Positions 16,137-26,282 of a stretch of 64,000 bases of DNA are shown here, piece by piece. The stretch lies in the sequence record NC_100331.1, one strand, 5' to 3'. The first letter of the stretch is position 1. The number at the start of each line of letters is the position of its first letter. The notes under the pieces are model-generated. The model searched no databases, was not told the origin of the DNA, and worked only from the letters and a program-made list of their open reading frames with translations. The stretch comes from Escherichia phage vB_EcoS_HASG4. A program made the translations under genes and the position numbers.

Positions 16137-16976
16137 TTAGGAAGACATTTTAGCTTTAAGAGCTGGGTGAGGATCATACCCTTCCAAATGGAATGACCAA
16201 GCTGCCGTATTATTTTCTAGCAAGTCGTAAAGATCTACAAACTCTGGCATTATTAGAGTTGGCAGAGGGCGTGGCTTGCGTTTTACCTGTTCTTCTACCT
16301 GTTCCATGTGGTCATTATAGATATGAGTATCCCCGCCACTAAAGATAAGATAACGAGGTTTTAATCCTGTCAGTTTTGCTAATATATGCGTTAATAAAGC
16401 ATAACTAGCAATATTGAAAGGTAAACCGAGGAAACAATCCACAGAGCGTTGTGTCCATTTAAGATCTAGGTATCCATCGTTACTTACATAGCACTGGAAG
16501 CCGTAGTGACAAGGTGGTAATGCCATTTTATCAAGTTCAGCTACGTTCCATGCAGAAACTAGATGTCTGCGGCCATGAGGATTATTCTTGAGTCCTTCAA
16601 TAAGTTCTAGAATCTGATCTCGCCCACCAAAGTTACGCCACTGTTTACCATATACTGGTCCTAGATTACCCTTATCATACCCCATACTTATAGCTTGGTC
16701 TTCATAATTTGGAGTCCAGATGGTCCACTGTCCTTCGTCACGACCAAATGTGAATACACGTAGATCATGAAGATTTGTGGAACCAGACAAGAACCATAAA
16801 AGTTCTCCTACTACTGATTTCCAGGCCAGGCGTTTAGTAGTTACAGCCGGGAACCCTTCACGTAGGTCAAACTTAGCATAGGAATCAAAAATTGAAACTG
16901 TGCCTGTTCCTGTACGGTCATTACGGGGTTCACCTAGTAAAATTACATCTGTCAAAATTTTTAAGTATTGTTGCAT
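16137..16976 (-). CDS. thyA: thymidylate synthase
   Basis: ThyA active-site region LPPCHYGFQCYV and overall length 279 aa. Confidence 0.9.
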   Translation of the reverse strand: MQQYLKILTDVILLGEPRNDRTGTGTVSIFDSYAKFDLREGFPAVTTKRLAWKSVVGELLWFLSGSTNLHDLRVFTFGRDEGQWTIWTPNYEDQAISMGYDKGNLGPVYGKQWRNFGGRDQILELIEGLKNNPHGRRHLVSAWNVAELDKMALPPCHYGFQCYVSNDGYLDLKWTQRSVDCFLGLPFNIASYALLTHILAKLTGLKPRYLIFSGGDTHIYNDHMEQVEEQVKRKPRPLPTLIMPEFVDLYDLLENNTAAWSFHLEGYDPHPALKAKMSS

Positions 16977-17509
16977 TAATAAGTAACCAATTCCTGTACA
17001 AATCGCAGGCTGTTATCACTGTTTGCGCCAACTGCATAGACTAATCGAGTGGATTCATAGTTATAATCCAGTATCATACTATCTAGGTGTATATCTGCCT
17101 CTAGCTTCTGCTCGCTAAAGATTGTAGATACAAAAGCACTTTCAATATGCCCATGTTGGTACATTTCTAGAAGAAGATTAGCTCCACCTAGAACTACTGT
17201 TTGCTGATCTTTTAGAAAAGTAGGTAATGTATCACCTATCATTGATATGGGAGTGTAAATATCGTGTGTAATATCATCTGGCAGTGGACGATCAGCACGA
17301 ATAAATAGGTCAGAAGCTCCAATCATACGTTCCCTAACGGCGTATGGAAGGGCTAAATAAGTACCTGCCCCAATAATAATATTATCAGGATTTAGTACAT
17401 CTAATTGTGAATAAAAAGCATCTAGTTCTTCTTTAAAAGAACCCCAGGGAAGCTTACCTCGGAGGCCGAACTCCCCATTCGGCCCAACTGCATACATTGC
17501 TGTAATCAT
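16976..17509 (-). CDS. dihydrofolate reductase
   Basis: N-terminal AVGPNGEFG...LPWG pattern, 177 aa, immediately upstream of thyA (stop/start overlap). Confidence 0.75.
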   Translation of the reverse strand: MITAMYAVGPNGEFGLRGKLPWGSFKEELDAFYSQLDVLNPDNIIIGAGTYLALPYAVRERMIGASDLFIRADRPLPDDITHDIYTPISMIGDTLPTFLKDQQTVVLGGANLLLEMYQHGHIESAFVSTIFSEQKLEADIHLDSMILDYNYESTRLVYAVGANSDNSLRFVQELVTY

Positions 17510-18651
17510 AGGAAATCTCCAAATTCATTGCCCAGATCTTTCAGAGTATCAGTAGAGGTCTCAGTTACCTGACCTACACGGTAAGCTGCACCAATCTGGA
17601 TTTCTTGTGGAGCAGGCTGTAGAGAAGTAGTATCCAACCAGTTCATGATCCACGGAATAGGGTTTTTGGTGATTACTGGTAAGTGACTAGGCCATTCTAC
17701 ACCAATGTGCATAAATGCGTTACGTCCCACAAAGTACAAGTATTCTTCTAGAAGTTCTGCATTCAAACCAATCAGACTACGACCTTTGAAGATGAAATGA
17801 CCCCATTCAATTTCAGTTTTCAGAGTTTTCAGGAGCTGTGCTGGTGCTTTAGCCACTGCTTCATCTACCAGATCTTTGTCAAACTGCTGGAACATAATCT
17901 GGATGATTGTTTTAGACATCTGAGTATGTAGGGCTTCATCTTTAGCAATCAATTGCAGATTTTTAGCAATACCTTGCAGAATATCGTTCTCTGCTAACGC
18001 AAAGGTACATGCAAAGGATGCGTAGAACTGCATTGCTTCCAGACCGTAGATTGCAAAATAAGCATCTAACAGTTTAGCCTGAGTTTCACGCTTAACTTCA
18101 GGGAACTCAGTTTCTGGATACGTATTGTCACCACGATGATCACGTACTGCAATGAAATACTGACCTAACTGGTACAGTTCATCAAACAGTTCAACAGAAT
18201 CTGCGATACGTGCAAATGCTTCTTGGTTTTTAGTTACAGAATCAATAAATTCTGCCGGATCAGTCAGCACATTACGGATAATGTTGCTATACGCACGGCT
18301 ATGCAGGTCTTCGAAGTAGCTCCACTGTTTTAGCATTCCTTCCAGTTCAGGGCGGCTTACAAGCGGCATAATAGCTGCTTCAGGCGCTCGACTGATAAAG
18401 GAATCAGTTTGAGTCTGCCATGCTAAGTTCAGGAGTGTAATTTCCTGAATTTCACGTGGGAGGTTAGGCCATTGTTTCTTATCTGCTTCCAGACTGATTT
18501 CAGTTTCAGTCCAAAATTGAGAGCGTTGCAGAAGTGCCAGACGCTCTAATTCTGGATGTGCTACACGTACATAATCTGCGATACCTAGAGAATCGCCCAG
18601 GAAAAGATCAGCGTTAGTATGATCCCAATTCAGGTTTAGTAAAGTAGTCAT
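17506..18651 (-). CDS. nrdB: ribonucleotide reductase class I beta subunit
   Basis: 381 aa with di-iron/tyrosyl-radical type helical core; coupled to nrdA. Confidence 0.85.
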   Translation of the reverse strand: MTTLLNLNWDHTNADLFLGDSLGIADYVRVAHPELERLALLQRSQFWTETEISLEADKKQWPNLPREIQEITLLNLAWQTQTDSFISRAPEAAIMPLVSRPELEGMLKQWSYFEDLHSRAYSNIIRNVLTDPAEFIDSVTKNQEAFARIADSVELFDELYQLGQYFIAVRDHRGDNTYPETEFPEVKRETQAKLLDAYFAIYGLEAMQFYASFACTFALAENDILQGIAKNLQLIAKDEALHTQMSKTIIQIMFQQFDKDLVDEAVAKAPAQLLKTLKTEIEWGHFIFKGRSLIGLNAELLEEYLYFVGRNAFMHIGVEWPSHLPVITKNPIPWIMNWLDTTSLQPAPQEIQIGAAYRVGQVTETSTDTLKDLGNEFGDFL

Positions 18652-18757
18652 TGATTTTCCTCTTTCTCACTATTTCAGGAATATTATAGCAAATCTGATA
18701 GCGATTAGCAAGTAAAATTTCAAAGAAAAAGGAGACCCGAAGATCTCCTTGTTTTTA

Positions 18758-21088
18758 TTAAATAGTACAACCGCCTGATGCACAACCGGCTGCTTCTTCT
18801 CCAGCACCTCCACCATTTGCAGTGTTGAAGTTAGCATAATACCAAGTTTTCCACCCGTATTTAACAGCAGTCATGAAATCACGAACTACTACTGGGCCAG
18901 GAATAATTTCATTCTCAAACTTGGTGTAGTCATAGTACATATTCGTACTGATAGACTGACTGAAGAATTTCTGCATAGTTGCTACCCATTTGATCCACTC
19001 GATACGATCTACATCATAAGCCAGTTTATAGCTCATTAACGTTTCCCAATCGGTTGCACCTGGAGCAATTGCAATTACTTTATTCACTGCACTACCCTTG
19101 ATAGATACAATCTTACGAGGTGGTTCAATAGAGTTAGTAACGCCTAACAGAACAGAGGAACTTTCTCCCGGCATCTGCGCAGTCAGAACAGAGTTACGCA
19201 TACCGTATTTAAGAATATCTGCACGCAGAGATTCCCAATCCATTTCTAGACCTACGGATACCAGCTCATCAACAGTTTTCTTATACGTGTCGATTACCAG
19301 AACTCCTTTGGAGGGTTTAGTACGATTAAACCATTCACATGCACCTTGTTCTTTAGCCAGACGTACAGAGGCTTTATGTAGGAAGTAAGACAGTTTTTCA
19401 GCCTCACGATGAATCCAGTTACGTGCTTCAACGCCTTCGTAGGCCAAACCTTCCGCCGCCATTGCACCTGCTGCGTTCATCAGACCAATACCAACATTAC
19501 GACGTTTCTTAGCCGTATATTCCATAGTTGGGAACGGATAATCCTGAATTTCAATGATGGTATCAACGAATTTCAGAAGAATATAGCAAGTCTTTTCCCA
19601 CTCAGCCAGAGATTCCATGCGTCCTAGTACAACACCACCTAAGTTACACAGAGATACTTCCCCAATATCCTCCGGCTTCATTTGATCAAGTTGTTCTTTT
19701 GTTTTATACAGTTCCGTGATATGATGGAACGGGCGTGTAGGCTGAGTAATTTCAACACAAAGGTTTGTCATACGGATCGGATCAAGGAAGTTACCGTGAC
19801 GATTAGATTCCCCGATGTGGTGAGCATACATACGTCCTGTTTCCATTCGGATACGTAGCCAAGTATCTAGGATTTCTTTTGCAGAGACTTTAGGAGCTGC
19901 TGGAACTGTTTTTCCTTCGTGGTCGATCTTTGTAAGAGATGCCACACGTTTCTCCGCTGCCACATAGATTTCTTCAAATTTAGCCTCGTCATCACTATAA
20001 AACGCTTCATGAACTTCTGGAGCATAGAAGTATGACATTAGCGTAATATCTTCATTTTTCAGATAACGTTTTAACAAAAGATTGTTGAAGCTCAGAGAAT
20101 AATCCATCTTATCGATTTTATTCTCGTCTGTAGCACGTTGTTGCTTAACCTGCATCAACTGGATGATTTCAGGGTCAAAGTATGGATAAGACACTGTAGC
20201 AGAACCACCACGAGTTTGCTGAGTATTGGCCTTTACTGAGCGGTCAATGTGTCGATAATATGGCAGTTTTCCGGAATGCGGGAATGCCCCATTTCGCACC
20301 GGATCAGCAATTGATCGGCTTTCAAGATGATACCCGATTCCCGCTCTGGCTGCAACCATTTTGAAGACGATGTGTTCGGCCGTGTCGATTGAATCCAATG
20401 TGTCAGTGGAATCAACGAGGCAACAACTAGCAAATCCACGATCACTAGAGCGTAAGCCAACCAATGGCGGCGTGGGAACGTTGATTTTGTGTAGCGACAT
20501 TGCGTTGTAGAGGTCGATTGCATCTAGAATTGTCCAATTAGGTTGAGATAACATTGCCATTGCCATACCCATATAGGCGAATTGCGGAGTTTCGTAAATT
20601 TCTCCAGTTGCTATATTACGGCGAGAATACTTATCAAAGAATTGTTTCAGTCCTCCACTAGTGAAAAGACGGTCACGATCATGGTCAATAACCTGATTCA
20701 AAGCCTCAAACTGCTCATCGGTAATCCATGCACTCATGTCTTCCCATGCACCTACACTAACCATATGATCATGGAAGAAGCGTAGAGAAGGTGGTTCAAA
20801 GGAATCATAAAGGCGTTTACGCATCTGCGCAAGACGTAATTCCTTTGCTGGCACGTCGTATGCTGGATTATCTTTGATAAGACTTTCAGCAGCTTTAATT
20901 AAAGCATCCATCAGAGTGTCGGAATCTACAACCCCTTTAGGCAGAGTTTTTTGAGCAGCCATAGTAATGGCTGACCAACTTACATCAACTGTTTTGCAAC
21001 CATACTCTGCCCAACCATTGAGTTTTTCAGGAGCAAAGTCTTCTACAGTACCGTCACGTTTAATTACTTTTTCAATGCGATGGCTCAT
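18758..21088 (-). CDS. nrdA: ribonucleotide reductase class I alpha subunit
   Basis: ATP-cone start MSHRIEKVIKRDG with RBS AAGGAAAA; catalytic region SLCNLG...NLCVEITQPT; start trimmed from ORF-track 21193 to 21088. Confidence 0.9.
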   Translation of the reverse strand: MSHRIEKVIKRDGTVEDFAPEKLNGWAEYGCKTVDVSWSAITMAAQKTLPKGVVDSDTLMDALIKAAESLIKDNPAYDVPAKELRLAQMRKRLYDSFEPPSLRFFHDHMVSVGAWEDMSAWITDEQFEALNQVIDHDRDRLFTSGGLKQFFDKYSRRNIATGEIYETPQFAYMGMAMAMLSQPNWTILDAIDLYNAMSLHKINVPTPPLVGLRSSDRGFASCCLVDSTDTLDSIDTAEHIVFKMVAARAGIGYHLESRSIADPVRNGAFPHSGKLPYYRHIDRSVKANTQQTRGGSATVSYPYFDPEIIQLMQVKQQRATDENKIDKMDYSLSFNNLLLKRYLKNEDITLMSYFYAPEVHEAFYSDDEAKFEEIYVAAEKRVASLTKIDHEGKTVPAAPKVSAKEILDTWLRIRMETGRMYAHHIGESNRHGNFLDPIRMTNLCVEITQPTRPFHHITELYKTKEQLDQMKPEDIGEVSLCNLGGVVLGRMESLAEWEKTCYILLKFVDTIIEIQDYPFPTMEYTAKKRRNVGIGLMNAAGAMAAEGLAYEGVEARNWIHREAEKLSYFLHKASVRLAKEQGACEWFNRTKPSKGVLVIDTYKKTVDELVSVGLEMDWESLRADILKYGMRNSVLTAQMPGESSSVLLGVTNSIEPPRKIVSIKGSAVNKVIAIAPGATDWETLMSYKLAYDVDRIEWIKWVATMQKFFSQSISTNMYYDYTKFENEIIPGPVVVRDFMTAVKYGWKTWYYANFNTANGGGAGEEAAGCASGGCTI

Positions 21089-21232
21089 TTGGTTTTCCTT
21101 TTTATAATTATCAGGATTTAGGAAATAGTTTACTTTATTCTCAGTCATTTGGCAAATAAAATTTTCTGATAGAAAAGGCCCGAGTATTTTCATACCCAGG
21201 CCTTCTGTGTTGTCAGTCTAGTTTTTGGCCAC

Positions 21233-21430
21233 TTAAGTTCTCAGCAGAATATCTATTGAGGTACTTAGTTCATTATAATTGAAGGGCCGATTTGGATTTG
21301 AGGTTACAATTTTCCACGCTAGGGTAGTCTTAGGACTTTCTTCCCCTTCCTTACGTGTAATCATATTAGCAGCACTCAATGAGGTACGGTGAATTTTAGT
21401 TTTACGGTGTAGATGTACGACGTTTCCCAT
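21233..21430 (-). CDS. small basic protein (66 aa)
   Basis: Internal ATG with RBS GGAAGGTG; abuts the PhoH stop. Confidence 0.4.
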   Translation of the reverse strand: MGNVVHLHRKTKIHRTSLSAANMITRKEGEESPKTTLAWKIVTSNPNRPFNYNELSTSIDILLRT

Positions 21431-21431
21431 A

Positions 21432-22193
21432 TTACACCTTCCCCATGTCTTTAAAAATATCGTAGAATGCTTTAGACTCAGCAGAACGAACGTTATCAAT
21501 CAATTCGATCATTGAGAATGGAGCATTTTCATATTTCTCATAAACTTCCATAAGAAGTGCTAGACCTGAGTCACCTTTAATGTCTTTCTGAGCTATATCT
21601 CCGCAGATAATTAAACGGCAGTCTTGTCCTACACGAGTTAGGAGACAAACCATTGCCTCAACGGAAATATTCTGAGCTTCATCGACAATTACATAGGAGT
21701 TGTTGAAAGTTCTGCCACGAGCATGTTCTATAGCCAAAAATTTAATTTTCTGACGTTCGACATATCCCTTATAGGCATGATCACCGATGGCCCATTTCAT
21801 ACCATCAGCTATTGGCTCCAACCAAGGCTCTAGCTTTTCTGCTAGATCACCAGGAAGCATACCAAGAGACTTACCTAGAGGTTCATTAGGACGTACGAGA
21901 ATCACTTGCTCAATATCTGAGTGAATGTCTACGAGTTCCTGAGCTGCAAGAACGGACGGGATAAAGGTTTTACCGGTACCTGGCTCACCAATGCCCACAG
22001 TCACTGTGTTGTTCTTGATCATATTGATATATGATTTTTGCTCTCGGTTTTTACCTACTAGGGATTTAGCAACTGGGTTAGCGTAATCATTAGAAAAATC
22101 AGCCTGAATTACGTTATTCTCATATTTGTTGCCACGCTTTCTTGAACCATTGCGGTTCTCTCTTTTTTGACGTGCTTTTCCCATAAATAACAC
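21432..22193 (-). CDS. phoH: PhoH-like ATPase
   Basis: Walker A GEPGTGKT and PhoH-family context; 253 aa. Confidence 0.85.
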   Translation of the reverse strand: MLFMGKARQKRENRNGSRKRGNKYENNVIQADFSNDYANPVAKSLVGKNREQKSYINMIKNNTVTVGIGEPGTGKTFIPSVLAAQELVDIHSDIEQVILVRPNEPLGKSLGMLPGDLAEKLEPWLEPIADGMKWAIGDHAYKGYVERQKIKFLAIEHARGRTFNNSYVIVDEAQNISVEAMVCLLTRVGQDCRLIICGDIAQKDIKGDSGLALLMEVYEKYENAPFSMIELIDNVRSAESKAFYDIFKDMGKV

Positions 22194-22257
22194 TCCTATA
22201 GTGTACTTCGCTAACAGAGGATCAACAAAAAGATCTTGTTTATCAACTTACAAATAT

Positions 22258-22286
22258 ATTATACCAGTATATGCAGTAAAAAGCAA
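22258..22286 (-). promoter_or_regulatory. early promoter P1 for phoH block
   Basis: Plus strand ATTATA at 22258-22263 and AAGCAA at 22281-22286, 17-nt spacer. Confidence 0.5.
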
Positions 22287-22398
22287 CTACAATTTTAAAT
22301 AAGCCTATGATATTGCATTTAAATAAAAAATTTGCTTGCTTTTAACTGGAAATGTATGGTATTAGATAATCATTTTATACCGCGTACATAGGCGCGTG

Positions 22399-22427
22399 AT
22401 TATACTATTTTAAGTACAAAATAGCAA
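22399..22427 (-). promoter_or_regulatory. early promoter P2 (tandem) for phoH block
   Basis: Plus strand ATTATA at 22399-22404 and TAGCAA at 22422-22427. Confidence 0.5.
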
Positions 22428-22496
22428 ATAAATTTTTTAACAATTTGCTAACTTTTTAGCACAGATCAAAATACAATATCTAAGAGAAAAATTATA

Positions 22497-22525
22497 TTGA
22501 CATTTGCCCTTGAATAAGCTATAAT
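22497..22525 (+). promoter_or_regulatory. consensus sigma70 promoter (TTGACA-N17-TATAAT) for nrdD block
   Basis: Perfect -35 and -10 hexamers with 17-nt spacer, about 30 nt before the nrdD RBS. Confidence 0.7.
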
Positions 22526-22554
22526 AGTAGTCTTAGTTAGAAAAGGAGGGTATA

Positions 22555-24429
22555 ATGAATCGCAATGATGAACTAAAATACAAGGAAATGCAGTCCTTGA
22601 TTAGAAACTGCAAAGAAATTATTGAGGGTTCTGCTGATGAAGAGCTCCTCTTTAATAATGCGAATAAACCCTCTGAGCGTTTCCCTACACAAAGGGATAT
22701 GCTTGCAGGGGAATTGAGTAAATATCTGATTCTAGAAGAAATGCCAATTCAGATTCGAAATGCTCATATGATTGGCGATATTCACTTTCATGATGCTGAT
22801 TACGCTGCTTTAGGCATGACTAACTGTTGCCTAGTAGCCCTGGAAGATATGTTGAAAAATGGTATGAAAGTTGGTAATGCTGAAATTAGCACTCCAAACT
22901 CTATCACTACTGCGGCGGCTATTACTGCTCAGATTATCACTCAGGTTAGCTCCCATCAGTATGGTGGTACTTCTGTAGATCGCCTTGATGAAGTATTAGC
23001 CCCTTATGTTCGTAAGTCCTATGATAAAAATCATGCGTTTGCAAAACGTTGGACTAAGGATGAAGCTAAAGCATCTGTAATGGCTACGGAGATGACTGAA
23101 AAAGAAGTCTATGATGCTTGTCAGGGTCTAGAGTATGAAATCAATACGATGTTCAACTCTAATGGTCAGAGTCCATTTATTACCTTTGGTTTTGGTCTAG
23201 GAACTTCTTGGGAAGCACGTCTAGTACAGAAAGCAATACTGAAAGTACGTATGGATGGCTTAGGTATCAATAAACGTACAGCTATCTTTCCGAAACTGGT
23301 GTTTGTTCTGCGTGATGGCGTAAATATGAAGCCAGGGGATGTTAACTATGACATCAAGAAGTTAGCTATGAAATGTACTGCTGAACGTATGTATCCAGAC
23401 TATATCAGCTATGATAAGGTTGTGGAAGTTACTGGTGACTATAAAGTTTCTATGGGCTGCCGTTCATTCCTAGCTGCTGCAGAAGATGGTGAAACTGCCG
23501 GTCGTAATAACTTAGGTGTTGTTTCTGTAAACTTGCCTAGAATTGCTATCGAAGCTGAAGGAAATATTGATCTATTCTTTGATTTGCTTGAGCTACGTGT
23601 TGATACAGCGTTAAAAGCGTTGGAGTGGAGAGTTGATCGCTTAAAATACATTCAAGCTAAAGCCGCGCCCATCCTCTATATGTCAGGGGCCTTTGGGTTA
23701 CGCTTAGGGCCTGATGAATATGTATTCGATCATTTCTATAACCGTGCTTCTGTATCTCTGGGGTATATTGGTTGCCATGAAATGCTACAGTTCATGTTTG
23801 GCAAAGATGTAGATACAATGTCAGATACCTGTATTAAGTTTGTACAACGTGTTCTACAGTATATGCGGGATAGAGTGGACCAGAAGAAGGAAGAGACTCA
23901 GTTAGGTTATAGCCTGTATGCTACACCATCAGAATCCCTATGTGATCGCTTTTGTCGCCTAGACCGTGAATATTTCCCGGAACATGAAGATATTATGTCC
24001 AAAGGTTACTACACTAACTCACACCACCTCGATGTGGAGCGTAAGGTTGCTCCAAACGTGAAGTTTGATTATGAATCTAATTTTACTCCAATTGCATCTG
24101 GTGGGTGTATTTCCTACGTGGAATTACCAGACATGAAACGATTCCCGGATGCACTGGAATGGGTTATTAACTATGCTGCTAGTAAGGTTCATTACTTTGG
24201 TATTAATACTCCAGTGGATTCTTGTGGTAAATGTGGGTTCTTGGGTGAGACAGTAGCTTCTGAAGATGGATTTAAGTGCCCTATCTGTGGTAATCATGAC
24301 CCTGAAACTCTTGAAGTAACTCGTCGAGTTTGTGGGTATCTTGGAAATCCAGGCGCTCGTCCGTTTAACCCAGGCAAACAACATGAGGTTATGGGCAGGG
24401 TGAAACATCAGGATATTCGAGCTAAATAA
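22555..24429 (+). CDS. nrdD: anaerobic ribonucleoside-triphosphate reductase (class III)
   Basis: 624 aa; C-terminal glycyl-radical motif RVCGYLG and Cys-rich Zn ribbon CGKCG...CPICG. Confidence 0.9.
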   Translation: MNRNDELKYKEMQSLIRNCKEIIEGSADEELLFNNANKPSERFPTQRDMLAGELSKYLILEEMPIQIRNAHMIGDIHFHDADYAALGMTNCCLVALEDMLKNGMKVGNAEISTPNSITTAAAITAQIITQVSSHQYGGTSVDRLDEVLAPYVRKSYDKNHAFAKRWTKDEAKASVMATEMTEKEVYDACQGLEYEINTMFNSNGQSPFITFGFGLGTSWEARLVQKAILKVRMDGLGINKRTAIFPKLVFVLRDGVNMKPGDVNYDIKKLAMKCTAERMYPDYISYDKVVEVTGDYKVSMGCRSFLAAAEDGETAGRNNLGVVSVNLPRIAIEAEGNIDLFFDLLELRVDTALKALEWRVDRLKYIQAKAAPILYMSGAFGLRLGPDEYVFDHFYNRASVSLGYIGCHEMLQFMFGKDVDTMSDTCIKFVQRVLQYMRDRVDQKKEETQLGYSLYATPSESLCDRFCRLDREYFPEHEDIMSKGYYTNSHHLDVERKVAPNVKFDYESNFTPIASGGCISYVELPDMKRFPDALEWVINYAASKVHYFGINTPVDSCGKCGFLGETVASEDGFKCPICGNHDPETLEVTRRVCGYLGNPGARPFNPGKQHEVMGRVKHQDIRAK

Positions 24430-24436
24430 GCTAATC

Positions 24437-24470
24437 AGCCAGGTTGCTAGTCGACCTGGCTTTTATTTTA
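24437..24470 (+). terminator. rho-independent terminator after nrdD
   Basis: Hairpin AGCCAGGT...ACCTGGCT followed by TTTTATTTTATTT. Confidence 0.7.
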
Positions 24471-24471
24471 T

Positions 24472-24500
24472 TTGCTTTCAGCTAAAAATTTATGTATAAT
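24472..24500 (+). promoter_or_regulatory. early promoter (TTGCTT-N17-TATAAT) with conserved leader
   Basis: -35 at 24472-24477, -10 at 24495-24500, followed by conserved ATAAATTTGAGAGGAG leader/SD. Confidence 0.6.
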
Positions 24501-24528
24501 AGATTTATAAATTTGAGAGGAGAAGACT

Positions 24529-24906
24529 ATGAAAGTAAAACCCTATATCATTGTTTCAACCTGTGGGAGCTACCAATTAGCAGTAGAAACCATAGAAGAA
24601 GCTATTTTTGCTGCTACGGGTGATTATTCTCGTCTTGAGGGGGTTGGTTATCCTAGCATTATGGGTAATTGGGTGGAAACTAATTTAGATGTTAATCCAT
24701 ATAATTCTGATTATGAAGATGAAGAAGAGGTACGGAATAACATTGAATTTGTATATAAAAGAATCTTAAGTATCTATGAGTATCAGGGCAGCCCTACTGA
24801 GTATGTGGATATTACTGAAGTAGCTAAGAAGCGCCTTAAATACGTTTATGCCAATTTTTCAAATGAAGACCTGGAAACAGTTGCAGTGGAGTTTAATAAT
24901 GACTAA
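24529..24906 (+). CDS. hypothetical acidic protein (125 aa)
   Basis: ORF-track ORF, first gene of the 24.5-27.8 kb operon. Confidence 0.55.
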   Translation: MKVKPYIIVSTCGSYQLAVETIEEAIFAATGDYSRLEGVGYPSIMGNWVETNLDVNPYNSDYEDEEEVRNNIEFVYKRILSIYEYQGSPTEYVDITEVAKKRLKYVYANFSNEDLETVAVEFNND

Positions 24907-25105
24907 GAATGTGAAACACCTTAAATATCGCTTAATCTATAACGGACGTATGGAAACAGAAGAGCTAGCTCAATTAGCTATTAACTCTAATGAGGTTATG
25001 GTGCGTGCGCTAGCAATTGAAAAGTTGCGGGCTTCTTATGAAAGTCGTATTATGGAACTAGAGGAGAAACTTTATGGCATTCTCGAAGCCGATGCTGCCC
25101 GATAA
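24899..25105 (+). CDS. hypothetical protein (about 68 aa)
   Basis: ATGACTAA stop/start overlap with the preceding gene. Confidence 0.45.
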   Translation: MTKNVKHLKYRLIYNGRMETEELAQLAINSNEVMVRALAIEKLRASYESRIMELEEKLYGILEADAAR

Positions 25106-25295
25106 TGGCTTAAATGCTGCACTGGAAAATGCATTGATGCAGCAGTGGGAGGCTGGATATAAGGATGGGGTTGAATCTTGTGCAAAAATAATGGATATTA
25201 TGGCTAATTCTGTAGTTGGGAAAGCCCATCCAGAAGTATCTGATATACTCCATAACCTTAGTAAAAACTTCAGAGAACAGGTGAAAAATGCGTAG
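25074..25295 (+). CDS. hypothetical protein (73 aa)
   Basis: ORF-track ORF, translationally coupled to neighbours. Confidence 0.45.
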   Translation: MAFSKPMLPDNGLNAALENALMQQWEAGYKDGVESCAKIMDIMANSVVGKAHPEVSDILHNLSKNFREQVKNA

Positions 25296-26109
25296 ATTAA
25301 TTATTATTAGCGGTGCAGGTTTGAGTGTTGAAAGTGGTGTACGAGCCTTCCGTACTGATACTGCTAGTGGTAAAGCATTGTGGGATGATTATGACTTAGA
25401 AGAGGTATGTAATATTCATGCCTTTCGTGGTAATTTTTATCATAAAACTCATATGTTTTACAACAAGCGTCGTGAAGAGCTAAAAACTGTTGAACCCAAT
25501 CTTGCACACTTGCGTATTGGTGAATGGTATAAGAAATATCCAGGTCAAGTAGTAAACTTGACTACCAACGTTGATGACCTTATTGAGCGTGCTGGAGTAC
25601 CAAAAGAAGACATACTCCATATTCATGGGTACCTGAAAGAAATTATCGTAGAGCACGCATTCGACCAGACACATGATATTATTGATATTGGATATAGTTC
25701 TATTGACCCCGATGACTTTGACTGGGTTAAACCTAATGTAATTTTCTTTGGGGAACATGCTCCAGCGTACAAAACAATGTATGAGATTTTTGATGGCATT
25801 ACCAGTCAAGATATGATCATTGTGGTTGGTTGCTCTAACCAAGTAATTAACTTCTACTGGGAATTATTTCCTGTTCTTAATCTGACTGCTGCAAAACTTA
25901 TGGTAGTTAACTACTATGATAGTGCCCTAGCAGCGGAACCAGGCTATCAAGGTATGACTCGTAGTGAGATGTACCAGTTGGAAGAACGTGGGATCCCTTA
26001 CTGGAGTAAAGGTGCGGTGGATGCTTTTAGTGACCCGGGTTTTATTGCTCGTGTAGAAGCTCATCTAGAGGGTAGACCTTATATGCCGGGGAAACAAATA
26101 TGTCCATAA
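25288..26109 (+). CDS. Sir2-like (sirtuin-fold) NAD-utilising protein lacking the Zn-ribbon Cys motifs
   Basis: GAGLSVESGVRAFR (sirtuin GAG.S.ESG..FR), TTNVDDL..AG, catalytic HG (LHIHGY), VIFFGE and VVGCS motifs; no CxxC pairs. Confidence 0.7.
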   Translation: MRRLIIISGAGLSVESGVRAFRTDTASGKALWDDYDLEEVCNIHAFRGNFYHKTHMFYNKRREELKTVEPNLAHLRIGEWYKKYPGQVVNLTTNVDDLIERAGVPKEDILHIHGYLKEIIVEHAFDQTHDIIDIGYSSIDPDDFDWVKPNVIFFGEHAPAYKTMYEIFDGITSQDMIIVVGCSNQVINFYWELFPVLNLTAAKLMVVNYYDSALAAEPGYQGMTRSEMYQLEERGIPYWSKGAVDAFSDPGFIARVEAHLEGRPYMPGKQICP

Positions 26110-26282
26110 TTAAATCTGTGTATACACACCCTGATGATATATTTGTATGGGCGGACGGTAGTTGGTGCTATCGCTGTGAGCTGTGGGAAATGGACTATAA
26201 ATCCGATGACTATGGTGTCATATATGTTGATACGGTTGAGTATGATACGTTCTTAGAAAGGGACAAAAGTGGAAATAAGTAA
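26100..26282 (+). CDS. hypothetical protein (60 aa)
   Basis: ORF-track ORF overlapping both neighbours by a few codons. Confidence 0.4.
   Translation: MSIIKSVYTHPDDIFVWADGSWCYRCELWEMDYKSDDYGVIYVDTVEYDTFLERDKSGNK

Noticed and set aside
22200-22555. AT-rich divergent intergenic region as replication origin
   Set aside because: Fully explained by two minus-strand and one plus-strand promoter; no iterons or DnaA-box-like repeats seen
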